Shown here piece after piece: positions 27,120-39,845 of a DNA stretch of 64,000 nt. The stretch covers positions 69,108,788-69,172,787 of the forward strand of contig CM120640.1 of assembly GCA_051362555.1 (NCBI GenBank). Direction: 5' to 3'. The notes beneath the pieces were generated by a model, which made no database searches, had not been told where the DNA came from, and saw nothing but the letters and a program-made list of their open reading frames with translations. Positions within the stretch are counted from its first letter, which is position 1; every line of letters begins with the position of its first letter. Both the position numbers and the translations under genes were made by a program. Origin of the DNA: Lingula anatina. Taxonomy: Eukaryota > Animalia > Brachiopoda.

Positions 27120-28865
27120 ATGACAAGAGAACACAGAGCTGCCCTGATCAAGAACCGTCTTACTCTAGTTAATGACATAACAGAGCCGTCACTGCTAAGC
27201 ATTCTTAATTTCATGTATTCCAAATCAGTTTTAAGTGACAGGGAGTATGAATACATCAAATCCAAGCGAATCAAACATGATATGAATGAAGAGTTTTTGG
27301 ACATCCTTATTGGGAAGAGTGATGTAGGTTTTTATGTCTTTCTGGAAGCCTTATGGGAGGAAGGAATGCATCATGTTGTCAGCCAGCTCCAGGGTGGATC
27401 AGGGGCAGGAGGAGACGCAGGTGTGCAGTGGAGAGCATCTTCCATCTGGATTTTCTTTTTCTTTTTTTAAGTATAATACACAAGGCATTTGGCCAGCAAT
27501 TTCAAGTTTTTTTAAAGTGGGTCCCCACCCCCTTCTTTGCCCCAGTTTAAAACATGGAACAGAACTTATGTCAAGTTTTGATTCAGATTGTACCTTTTCT
27601 GTCACAGAAGCCAGTTCCTTCAATAGATTATTAAAAAAAAAAAAAAAACAGTTAAATCCCTGTGGAATCATCAAAATGAGTTTGACATTCATTGAAAATT
27701 ATTTCATTGATATATTCATAATGTACTAAACAGTAATCTGTTATAAATATAACATGGAATTTTCAATTTTATCTTTAAAGTTGAAAGCATGCCTGGAGTC
27801 ATGATGATGAGTAACCATCATAAGGATCTTCTTAGGCGCAATAGAATGGCTTTAACAAACGACATGACAGATTCTGATACCAAGTTTATCCTGAACCATT
27901 TGCTGCAAGAAGGTGTCTTCACTCAGAGAGACAATGAGACAGTGAGAGCAGAAAGGACATGTTATGCTAGAGCTGAAAAACTGTTAGACCTCCTGCCAGG
28001 AAAAGGAGAAAGTGCTTTTGAAATATTCCGCTATGCTCTGTGCGAGGGTGGCCAGGAACACTTAGCTGCTCTGCTTCAAGGTTATTTTCCTTTTTATATT
28101 TTAAGTTCTATATTTTTAATCAAAACCAGAGTGCTCAAGAGGAGTCCATGACTGGCCACTGACATTCCTCTTGTAATGTTTTTTTTTTCCTGTGGAAGAC
28201 ACTTTGCAAGTGAAGACAGTTACATTATAGTTGTGATCAGGATCTTCCATTGCATCTTGCCTTTATGGCAAGTCCTTATAGGCAACAGCTATGCTATGTA
28301 GCCAGTCACAGTTTAGGATGTACACAAATATCATTCACTGACAATGCCTTGAATGGTACCACGATTTAGCATTCACATTTACGTGTATATCTTCTTAACT
28401 TAGCACATTTACTCTATTACTGTATACACCTTATCAATAGATTGTTCACGGTTCCAAGGAATTATATTCAATGATGTTTTAGAGACAGTAATCACTTATG
28501 TTGGAACAAAGATGGAAGTGAAACAGCTATGTTTCACTGTTGTCACTTGAGCAGTATCAGGCTGAATGCTCATGACAAGAGCAAAACATAGCTGTTATGC
28601 TGCTAATGGTGTTCCAGAGCAACTATAAGTGATTACTATCACTAAAACATCAGTAAATACGTCCTCTTGGTTTATTACAGATGGTCAAGACACCTACCCA
28701 GTTCAAGCCACCGACCAAAGCTTGAGAAATCCCCAGGGATATGGACAGCCTTATGGTCAGCAGCATGTGCCACAATACGGACACCCTTACGATCAGCAGC
28801 ATCTGACACAATATGGACACCCTTACGGTCAACCTTTTAGTGCGCAGTATCAGCAGTTTCAATAA
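27120..28865 (+). CDS. Uncharacterised tandem-CARD protein with a PxQxT TRAF-binding motif and a Q/Y/G-rich repeat tail
   Basis: Exons 27120-27420, 27781-28080 and 28681-28865 join in frame through phase-1 GT-AG introns to give 261 aa. Exons 1 and 2 each encode a caspase-2/RAIDD-type CARD pattern (HRAALIKNRLTLVNDI...FLDILIGKSDVGFYVFLEAL; HKDLLRRNRMALTNDM...LLDLLPGKGESAFEIFRYALCEGGQEHLAALL). Exon 3 encodes YPVQATD followed by YG[QH]PY[GD]QQH repeats. Confidence 0.85.
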
Positions 28866-29915
28866 ATGTTTCTTTTATATGCACAGTCTGTTGAACTCTT
28901 TCTGGGATGATTTGGTCAGTTCTTATGGTCAAGCCAATTTGTAAGCAGGAAACTGTTTGTGATGTGAATGTAATATAATTCCATTTGGATGGGCTTCTTT
29001 GTAAATGTTTTTATTCATTAAAACTTTTTACAAGACTAGAAAATGTAAGACATTATGAAGAAATATTTAATAAGGACCATTTTCTTTTATTTTACTTTGT
29101 TAGATGATTTTTAAAAAGAAAGCATATTTGTCACCAATGTACAAATTAAATATCTTATGATCACAGTATTTAAATGATCCAACTTTTGAAAAAAATAAAG
29201 AGAAAGTTTGCAAAATATGTCCTTGCATAAATCTTCGTTTTTTATCATTAAAAGGCATGTTGCCTCAGCACTTAAACAGTGAATACATGTTAACACAACT
29301 CTGAACTTCACCTGCTGTTTAAGACAGATATTCCCATACTAATGTAAAATAACTATTAAAAGTTTTACATATACTGACAACTGCACTTTTTTAATCCTTG
29401 GTAATTTTCCTTGCAACCAGTCGTAACTTTCTTAGGATTAGACCTATTGAATTGAGAAAGTGCAGGCTGAGGCCCATCATGAAGAGAAAAGATTTATGTG
29501 ACTACTTCAGTCAAAGATGTCATTGGAATCCTGTTCAGAAAATCCAAACCCAGGTTTGTCTCATCTGTGTTCTCCAACTGCCAAGCTGCAAAAAGTGTAC
29601 AAGTCAATCTTAAAAGAATGCAGATGTACGCCAGTGATAATATTTACATTAAATGGAATGGTTTCCCTTTGTTACTGAAAAACTGACACAACCTAAATGT
29701 ATGTACTTTCTACTTTAAAATACTGGTTGAAAACCAATACATTCCTATTTGCAAAATTAAAGCTCAGGTAATGTTCTGCTGAATTTAATCATAATACCAA
29801 GGTGAGCTTGAAGCATAATTTACTACTTCACTCAAACTTTCTTACCTTTCCTTTATGTAGCACAGGCATAGTAGGCAACACCCCTGGCTTGTAGGTATGG
29901 TTCACACCTGTTGCC

Positions 29916-32900
29916 TCAATTATTCCCTATCAACCCGTACTCTAAAGACATTCCAAGTCTCACCACTGGTGCAACTGAACTCAGCCACTGGACTAAATAG
30001 CTTCTGGAGTAATAATAGATATAAACATTTTCTTATATTACATTTTCTTTAAATTATATGCTTGTTAATGTCAGATGTTGAACAAGCATGTTCAGTTGTA
30101 CCAAAAAATTTGTTTCACTTGATAATAGTACACTAAACTTGTAACAGCCTGCTTGCTGGTGAGCACTTGAACTTCCCATATTTCTTACACTACAAACTGA
30201 CAATGTGTGTCTTCAGTATGCAAGTAAATTTGACAGACAGTAAAGGAAAATAATATCAGTTCTTTTTTGTCACAAAGGTTGAACCAAGAGGGTATGTTTA
30301 TGTATACATCCTTGGTTTATGGCAACTACACCATGTGGACAGTCAAACAGGGTTCAAAATCTATCTAACACTGGTTATGATTGTTATGTTCACTTTTCAT
30401 TAGGGTTATTGTACTCTTTGCAATATATAAAACACATATTGAATGCATACGTAAAAATATTATATCTATCTACCTATCTATCTATATATATATAATTGCT
30501 ATTAGCACCCACCCTTTTCTTCTCATGCTGGGTGTATGGCTTGTGGCACTGACACCTGCTAAACCCTGTGCAATATCTGTGGATATCTCTGGTTTGGTGG
30601 CTCTTGAGAGGATGCTATGCTTCATGAGACTGGCTGTATGGCAAGGGTGAAGCTGGAAATATGGCCTGCCCAATATAGGATGTTCCTGAAATTCATTAAA
30701 TACGACATTTTTAAGCCAAACTTGTGTACAATAATTGACAATGTTACAGTGAAGTTTTCCACAAAATTGGCACTCAATATACATTTTTCCATCAACTTAA
30801 AAATAGTTTAAATGATAGAAAACAGAATAAATAAAAAAATAAAAATCTCACCAAGACCCAAGGATGAATATCATTTCATGATCCCACAGGAATGATTTTA
30901 CTTCACTGAATTTTTAATCTATTTTCTACTTACCTGCTGCGTAAGGAATGTCCACCTTTCTTGGCTAAGTCTGCTTTGGTAAATTTGAGGTACTAAGGAC
31001 CATATTTCATCCAGGGTCAGGAGTTTCCCACCTGTAACATAAAAAGTTAATTTCATTAGAAATACCTTTCATTATTCTTCTCAAATGTTTCAAAAACTCT
31101 TCAATATCCAACATAAAAATTTAATAAAATTTTTTAGCAAAAATTCTTGGGACACTATTTAGCTACAATAAATTTAGCATAAAAATGTTGAATAATTCTT
31201 TTTTTCTTTCTATTATTTGTTAGTCTAGAAGATAACATCAAATAGAATGTGTTCTCAATTGTTGTACCCTAAGCATATTGTTTAAATGCAAGCTGCATCA
31301 TTAAGTTAAAGTTATACTTACTGTCATGATACATGTTAAAATACAGGACTGGTACACTATAGCTGTCACTGTACGCTACATGGTATTCACATGATATCAC
31401 CCTGGTCTGAGGCTTTACCTGGATAGTATTTGATTCCTATATCAAATGAGAAATGCTGTTATTAAGATCCAAAATTTTCTAAGATTTCATGGAGAGAGAT
31501 TTTCTTCCACATAAAATATAATATTGGGACATCCTAAACGGGAGGTTCCACAGGGGTTGGGGGACAAGGAGTCCAAAACATAAATCTTTGATTTGGTCAA
31601 TGCTTTACAGGGAGTCCAACCCAAGCAAGCCCAACCAACCAACCCCTGATTTCCCAAAGATTTTGTAAGCTGCCCAGCCGTCTATTGATGCTAATGGCTG
31701 TCCAAATAACAACTGGATGGCTTTATGGGGAAAGCCCCAACCCTTAATGATCAATAATAATGATACACTCATAACTGTCATGTATGGCATAAAAATCTTA
31801 ATTCAATGAAGAATATAAATTTAAACATATCTACCTCATCTTCAACTTCTTGCTCTGTAAGTTCGTCAACCTCCAAACTGGATTCCACCATGCCACTAGA
31901 CACATCTGCTAAGTGTTGGTCTAACTTTAAGAGTTGTCTTTTTGATATATAGCCACACTTGGAATCATTTGCCTGAAGATGAATCCTCTACATTAGAACT
32001 AAGACATTTTAGGCGAATAAATTATAACCTGAATGTCAATATTTGGTTGCTGTATTTGGTATAAATAAGAAGGACATATCCAGCTGGCTAATTAGTTAAA
32101 GTCAAAAAAAAAAAAAAAAAAAAAAAAAATCCCCTGAAATCTATTTTTCTAGCATTGTAAATATTTCAGAATACTTGGCCAGTTGTTTAAACGAATTATT
32201 AAATTTAATCAGAATCAGAGGTTTACTGACAATCTCCCTAATTCCGGACATGATCAAATACAAATACATGAAGTAGTTCAGAGTGATTTCCATAAACAAC
32301 TTGATATACATTGTAGTATTTAAACTAATGTAAAAATGTATTAGTACTAAACAATATATGGATCACTACATGAAAACGTATACTTTAACTCTACTTGCCA
32401 TATCTTATATCTACTATTTAAAGGGGGAGGAGAGTGTTGAAAAATGCATCATTAGTGTGTCTACGTTTATACAGCATGGATGCAATTTTCACATCCCTTA
32501 CTTTAAAACAGGCATCTTCAAAGTCTGTTGTGCATTTTGTTATATCAAAATCATTACATTGTAGAAGGGTAAGAAATAATGCTCTAATGGACTCTGGAGC
32601 TGCACTGCCCAGTATATCCCTGACAAGGGCTTGATATTTAAGGGGCCATCCCCAGACCCTATCATACTAACTGCTGAAGCTGCTAGGGGGTAATTAAATT
32701 ATCGTTTTGCAGGTTCAGCAGGCGTGGCAGACATCTAAGTTGAGTGTAATTTAGCGAGAAACCCCTTGGAGATGGGTCGATCCTGTTAGAACGATCTAGG
32801 TGTGGGAACCCAGTCGTAAACTACCATCTTGCCCCCCCCCCCCTCCCCCCCAACACAATGAGATCTGTCGGGCTTCGCCATATGGGTCTTTAATTCAGTA

Positions 32901-33055
32901 CTAAAATAACTTTTAATATTTTATTTTTGAAAATAGGAATACTAGCCCCAAAATACCATTGCTAACTGCCACGTATCTTTCAGTGTCGCAGAAAGCTCAA
33001 CAAATGCATGGAGTTCGTCTGCAAATACAGAGGCGGATATCGTCCCATCGACCAT
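29916..33055 (-). CDS. ATG10: Ubiquitin-like-conjugating (E2-like) autophagy enzyme ATG10
   Basis: Exons 32957-33055, 31835-31972, 31322-31436, 30934-31031, 30513-30685 and 29916-30003 give 236 aa. Motifs are [36 protein letters not shown] (catalytic Cys) and [14 protein letters not shown]. Confidence 0.95.
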
Positions 33056-34381
33056 GCTTGTTTCCTTTATGTTTTGACAGTAGAATGCAAAGATTCGGAT
33101 AACCGAAGTTAGTATTACGCAGGCATTCTTGTAGTATTAAAAAAGTGTGACAGGAAGAACTGCCCCTTTAAAGGATTAAATGTTCACTAACACACTTCTC
33201 ACTGTCAATTTACATGTACTTCAAAGTTACACCACTGGGACAATTGCTTTAGTTTAGAAGTAAACTAGCTGCTCTTGCGCGCAGAATTGCACTTCTTTTA
33301 TTATTGAACTTTATCGGAAGTTTTGCACTCTTTCTTTCAAAATTGGTTGTTAATAACTTGTAACTGTATTTGACATAAGACAAATGCTTGCCTCAGTGAT
33401 CATTTGCCTAATTGTTTTAAACTTTAAACTTTAATTTAAAGTGCAGCTTTTTGATTTATCTTTATAATATGATAAAAATTTTGACTCGCCATAAATATGG
33501 CCTCTATTTTTTATCCACGTCTGCAATTTTGCTTAACTTCATTTTAAGTAGTACATTTCAAATGTCAAAATTAAAATACATAGCAAAAATAACTTTCTAT
33601 TTTTTCCACTTGCAAAGCTTGATTTTAAACCTCAGTATACGGAAGAAGGGGTGTTGTTGGAACAGCGGATGCAAGCTGGACAAGTCCAAGCCTTGGCTCC
33701 AAGACATGTGCTTTGTGCTTACGTGATCATTTGCACTCAACATTTTTACTTGTAACAAGCAAAAAATAAGAATGCAAAATTTCTTTAATTTTAAAAGAAT
33801 GACGTTGCTTAGTACCTCCAATTATTTCACTGCAAACTGCAAACCTCCGGCCCCTCGCCAACATCGTTGTTTAGATGACCTATATTTCAGCAAATAGAAG
33901 TTTCAAGATCTCCAATGCATTGAGAAACCTGAAAAGTGGAGCAACCGCTTTTATCTGTACCAAATAGTACAATCGGCGTTATTTCGGCATGCAAATATTG
34001 ATGATGACCATGAACTCTGTCACTTACAGGTCCTTGTAATTTTTGCTGTTGAATTTCTTGGATAATTGTTGATATCTTGTGTCCCATAAATTCTAGGTTT
34101 TGGTTAAATATTTAGTCCCTGTATATTAATACACCACGACTATAGTCCACGACTATATTATATACTGTTGCTTTCATTACACAAAATCGAGATTTTTCCA
34201 CTTGGTATATTTCAACAACTTGAATGATGTACTCACTGGATAATTTGTAAGTTTTTTGTTGTTGATTTACAGGCCAAATATACCTCTGAACAAAGTAATA
34301 TCTGCTGTATTCTTGAAAATACTGAATCAGTGGTACGTACATACATATGTAGAAGAGTTACCGGGGCGTCTCCCCTTTTTT

Positions 34382-34412
<31 letters not shown>

Positions 34413-34776
34413 AAGAAAAAGAAAAAGAAAAAAAAAACATTCACACGGTGACAAAATCTGACATTCACATTTAGTCAGTTTTGATTTTCGAAAACATTGT
34501 TTACAATATTCTATTTTAACACAGCAATAAATGCAATACATAAACCTGAATCGACTTGGCCTTAATCAATAGTTTGTGTCCCATTATAATTCTCGTGAAT
34601 TTTAAGCGCTGGCGCAAAGGGAGACGGGGCAAAACTGTATGACGTAGACAGGAAGTAGGTAAGCATATATAATGTTATATAACTCCCAAGTTCATGCACG
34701 GAGGGACGAAACGGTGTTTGCATTTCAAGTTGTTCAGCCCACTGCATGGCATCATTCAGTCTATAGATCAGCATCT

Positions 34777-34813
<37 letters not shown>

Positions 34814-35984
34814 CGTGACATCATAGGGTAAAAATGCTAAATATAGTCTGATATTTGATAAGCAGAATACCTGGTTAAAAATTCATCAGACAATTCCACA
34901 GACAAAGGCACCAATTAAGAACCCCACTCCTTCCTTTTAATTTTTTTAGGGGGGGGGGGGGTCGGCACTACACTACAACTGGCCCACGTGCTTTCCCTGC
35001 ATAATATGTATGTCTGTAAAATTGAACTGTTCAGATTGTGTGCCATTGTGACTGTGATGCAGTATCTTTGCAAGTCAGAATAACGTTCACTTCGTAAATG
35101 CAATTTGATAAAACAAATAGACGACAAACAACGACATTCAAGCACTGGTCTAGCTGGATCTAGCTGACAGCTAGTAGCTTCCACCGGGTCCCCTCATCTA
35201 CTGTTAAACGTGGACCTTAAAGACCTTACAGTGTAAGTGCATGCCTAAATTTCCAAACAGATCCAATCCACTGTCATATCCTGCTGTTATATTTCTTTTG
35301 ACCAAGGCTCTGATTAAAACGACCTGTTTATTATGAAAATTACTAAATATTTTAATAAGCGACTTCCGGTTAGCGGGTTATAGCTATTATAAGTAAAATT
35401 AAGGCTCAGTTTAGATTATTTGGGTCACTGAGGTTCGTTGATGATAATAAAAATATTTACTTATCATAGTGAAAAGGTATTACGACTACGTTCATCCCAG
35501 GACAACTGATAATTACCTTATGCTCGAAAATCAGTTTCAATCATATTTTGATGTTAACCAAGCTTCTATGTATTTTACAAGGATTGTAATAAATTAAATT
35601 GTTGTACACATCAATTATTTATCAGTGTAAATTAACGCACTCAAAACGTAGCATCAAATAAATAAATGCTTCCATTAAAAAAAACAGTGGTATTTAGACA
35701 TTTAACATATCATATTACTGCACAAAAACGTGAAGGTACGTTGAACAAGTCAGCGATGTTGAATATATGGCACTATATATTGATAGCTGGCTGGCAGCCA
35801 ACCTCGCTTATCAGCTGGGCCGTGTGATGTTTGAACACGACAGTTTCAAGGCTCACCAATCCTCCGTAATAACTCGCCCAATCCAAGATTGCTATTTGAC
35901 AGGTCCTTGTGACGTCTCTATGACGACGAGGTCAGTGTCGTCCTTGATCATGGTTTGACAGGTGCGTGACAGTCAGCTCCCAGC

Positions 35985-38900
35985 ATGTACGCTAAAGGGA
36001 AAGGATCGACGGTTCCCTCCGATGCACAAGCAAGGGAAAAGTAAGTTGCTTTATATGCTTCGACAATTCTGTGCATTCTTTGAATTTGCTTATTTAATTT
36101 TGGAGCGGGGATCTTTGTTCGACCTGGGACGTATTTCCACCTGTAATAGAGGGATGCCCCTTTCATATGTGTAAATGGCTGTTCTATCAATTGCGCCTTC
36201 CGTTTGAGATATACGTGCTAAATATATTTTCTGCAATCTTAAGAATAAGAGTGTTTTACGCGAAACTATTAAAGAGTGTTAACAGTCAAATATGTAAGAA
36301 AATGACCTTAAAATATGATCAAAATATTTGAAGGGAAACCGAAGTTACAGAGCTTTGTAATGCGGCAGCTACACACATTTAAAATCAGAATGGCCGCCAT
36401 TTCTGAATAATAAACACACAAGTAAATAATCGTAATGCAATGATATTTCTTTGTTTTCAGGCTTGCACTTTATGTATATGAATACTTATTACACGTAGGG
36501 GCTCAAAAAAGCGCACAGACATTTTTATCAGAGGTAAGTATTTCGATCTTTGTTATGTTCGCCGGTGACCGGCTTTGTATATAACATTCAAATTCCTACA
36601 TGTGCACACACTTTGTGTTTTGATAAATTTTTGGAATTTTGTGGATAAAGGGGTTATTGACTTTGTCTCTGTATTGTGCTTTATGAAACTGAATTCATTT
36701 TCAAATACGATTCTGGTTTTACTTTTTTGTGTCTATGCTTTAACTGAAGAGTGCCTTTATCTGACCTCTTTGGTAAACTCAAGAGGCTCCAAAGGGGGGT
36801 TCTGTACAACAGTTAAATAACTTCCTTAACCATACATGATTTATGTTCTTCTTGTGGTTTCTTTGTTATTCAGATTGGTTACATAAATTATGTGTAAATT
36901 ATGACAGAAAAGCAGTATGATTTTTAATTTTTATAAGGATAAAGGAAATAGAATATATATATATATATATATATATCTCGAAGAATTAAGTCAGTTCACC
37001 GTGAAAAAGTGCTCCACCCATGGCGGCGGCCCGTGGGGAGCTGGTATAATCAAGGATGTGAATAACTTAGCTTCCTCTCTCCATTTTATTTTATTTTTTT
37101 TTAAATAAAATGGAGAGAGGAAGCTAAGTTATTCACATCCTTGATTATATATATATATATATATATTTATATTGTACATGCACATTAACACCAGGTACTT
37201 GTCAATAGTTTTTGTTGCTTGCTATCATGATGTGCAAAAAGCACATGTTTGAATTTGATATCTGTCAATTTTTTAAAAATTGTTCTTTATATTAAATTAA
37301 ATGAAATTAGTGTGTAGGGGGAGAGATATTTGTCAACATTTTTCAACCTAAAAATAAAGAAATTGGATGACATTGTATTTCATTTTTCAGTAGCCAACAT
37401 CATACAGAATGAGAGTTATTTATATATAACTGTTTATTTTACATATTCTAAGGAGATGCCAGTGAGTTAGAGATAAATGAAGTAAAAGAATTGATATTTA
37501 TCACAATTTGTTTTATTCAGAAATAGTATTGCCGTGTCATCTCCAAAGTTTTTACTTGTAAGCTTGCTTGAGTCTGCATCCTTTTATTCTGATGTTATCT
37601 CAAGTTCCTGTTTCTTACCCTACAGAAACATTATAGAGAATAAGAAACAGTTTGTGCCAAAAACTCTAGACCTTCCACATTCTGGGCAATCAAGGTTCAA
37701 AAGTGGGATACTGTTATATAAAATTTAAACTTTTTTCCCAGCCTGGTGCCTCTCTAGATGGGCAATAGCCTCGAGCTAGGGCCTAGTGCCTCAGACTAGC
37801 CGATGGAAGCAGTGATTTCATAATTTTTGTAGTGTTTTTTCACCAGTAAAAGACCCACCTGGAACTAATTTGCTAAAAATTATGAAAATTGAATTGCTGT
37901 TCATAAAAGATAACATGCCTTTTGAGATTTTAAAAAAAGTTGTAAATTTATTCTGTGCTTTTTTGTTTTACAGATAAGATGGGAAAAGAATATAACATTA
38001 GGCGAGCCTCCAGGGTTTTTACATTCATGGTGGTGGTAAGTAAATTTTATTCATATTTCCTGTTATTTTGAATTAGGTATTTTGAAGTGCTATTTTAAAA
38101 CATGTCTCAATAAACCCTGCAATGTATATATTTGTTTTTCTAGAAGATAATGGTCAACCTGCCCTCTTTTCCATTTCCACTGACATTTGATAGAATGAGA
38201 TAAGATTTGTCTTTAAAATTTACTTAATATTTTAAAATAAAATTATGATAAAGCTCTCAGTGACTTTATTTATAATAAAAGTGAATATCAGAATTCAACA
38301 AGTTATTGGACCTAAACTGTATGTTAGATGTGTCGAAATGATATTATTTTGGACTAGTTAAATGAAAGAGGTCAAGCAGGTATACTAAACCTGGTATGCC
38401 TCCGGACCATTTCTTGTTAAATGACTGGTCTCTTTCTTGTAGGTTACTTAGCCTTTAAGAAAAGACAATGATGTTCCATTAGTTTTGACAATTTGTCATC
38501 GATTTGATGACAATTTTTAAAAAAATATTGTCACTAAAAGTATAAATATTTTAAATTAGTTGACAACGGTGTACCCATTTGTACCAAGTTAAAATGAAAA
38601 AAAATTATGTTTGACAAAGTTAAATTAAGAATAGTATATTGTCCTTTTGTGGACTGTATTTTTAGGTTGCTTTTTAAAGGTGCATTTAGATCTAGTCTTA
38701 CTTGAACTTAGAGTAATCTAATAGCTGTCATCAGACAACAAGATAAGAAAAACCCTGTCACACTTCAGAATTTTGCAACCCATTTTACACAATTTGTTTA
38801 TCTGGGGATCTGTGTCAAGACCAGTTTTTGGTTTGAGATAACACATTACGTTGTACCAGTAGTACTTCATTTTATAATTTTGTGATAAAAAAGAAATATA

Positions 38901-39781
38901 TTTTACTTCATAATGATGCATAATTTTAATATTATTGTGAAAAATCATAGCAAGACTGAATGAATTATTGTTCTGAAAGATGACATTTCCTTCCTAAATA
39001 TACCCATCAGAAGTTAAAGGAATTCTTTGAGTTGGGGAGAGATAACTTTTTTAAATTGCATACCTTTTACCTTCACTTTCATATTACTGTCAGGCCATCA
39101 TATCCTCTGCAAGGTTTGAATCAGTATTTAGTAGAGTTAACTATAGAAGGGTTGCAGTATATTGCTCTCCATAAGTTTGATAGAAACTGTGTAGGAGTCT
39201 TGGTTGGGCCTTGTGTAGGAGTCTTGGTCTGGTCTTGTGTAGGAGTCTTGGTCTGGTCTTGTGTAGGAGTCTTGGTCTGGCCTTGTGTAGGCGTCTTGGT
39301 CTGGTCTTGTGTAGGAGTCTTGGTCTGGTCTTGTGTAGGAGTCTTGGTCTGGCCTTGTGTAGGAGTTTTGGTCTGGCCTGGGATTGCTAGGGATCGGTGA
39401 CATCAGCTTCAGAGCTGAGTTTTCATAAATGGAGTAGAAATGTTTAGGTTTTAAGTGTGGGTAGGTTTTTTAAGTGGGCAGATATACGGTGAGATGTGGG
39501 TGTGGAGTCCAATCATGGCGGTGTTGTTTTTGAACTGTACGTAAAATATATTAAAAGTCTGAAATTGACTGCCATATTTATATGTATTATGTAGAAGGTC
39601 ACATTGTTGTACCATATTGTGGTAGCTCCAGTAGAATAGGATTATGCTTGAATTCCTTTGTTATATTCTATGCAGTAGGAAGGAAGATTTTGGTATAAGT
39701 TGTGTTTCTAATAAAGTTGGTGTCTGATAGCTATTAGCCGACTATAGGAAGCTACTCTGATAGCATGCAACTTTACCTCAT

Positions 39782-39845
<64 letters not shown>

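Noticed and set aside
27120-28865. Naming the CARD gene as CRADD/RAIDD, caspase-2, RIG-I or MAVS
   Set aside because: There is no death domain, caspase domain, helicase or C-terminal transmembrane anchor before the stop, and ATG10 ends convergently about 1 kb downstream.
33200-35800. Additional gene between ATG10 and SSBP (short ORFs, isolated donor-like sites, ETS-like motifs)
   Set aside because: There is no consistent exon chain or recognisable protein. It may hold alternative non-coding first exons.
39032-39403. Repetitive ORFs (CVGVLVWS)n and (SYTRPDQD)n, and a possible CRISPR-like array
   Set aside because: These are translations of an intronic 24-bp minisatellite whose unit is a multiple of three. 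There are no unique spacers, no cas genes and no supporting splice structure.
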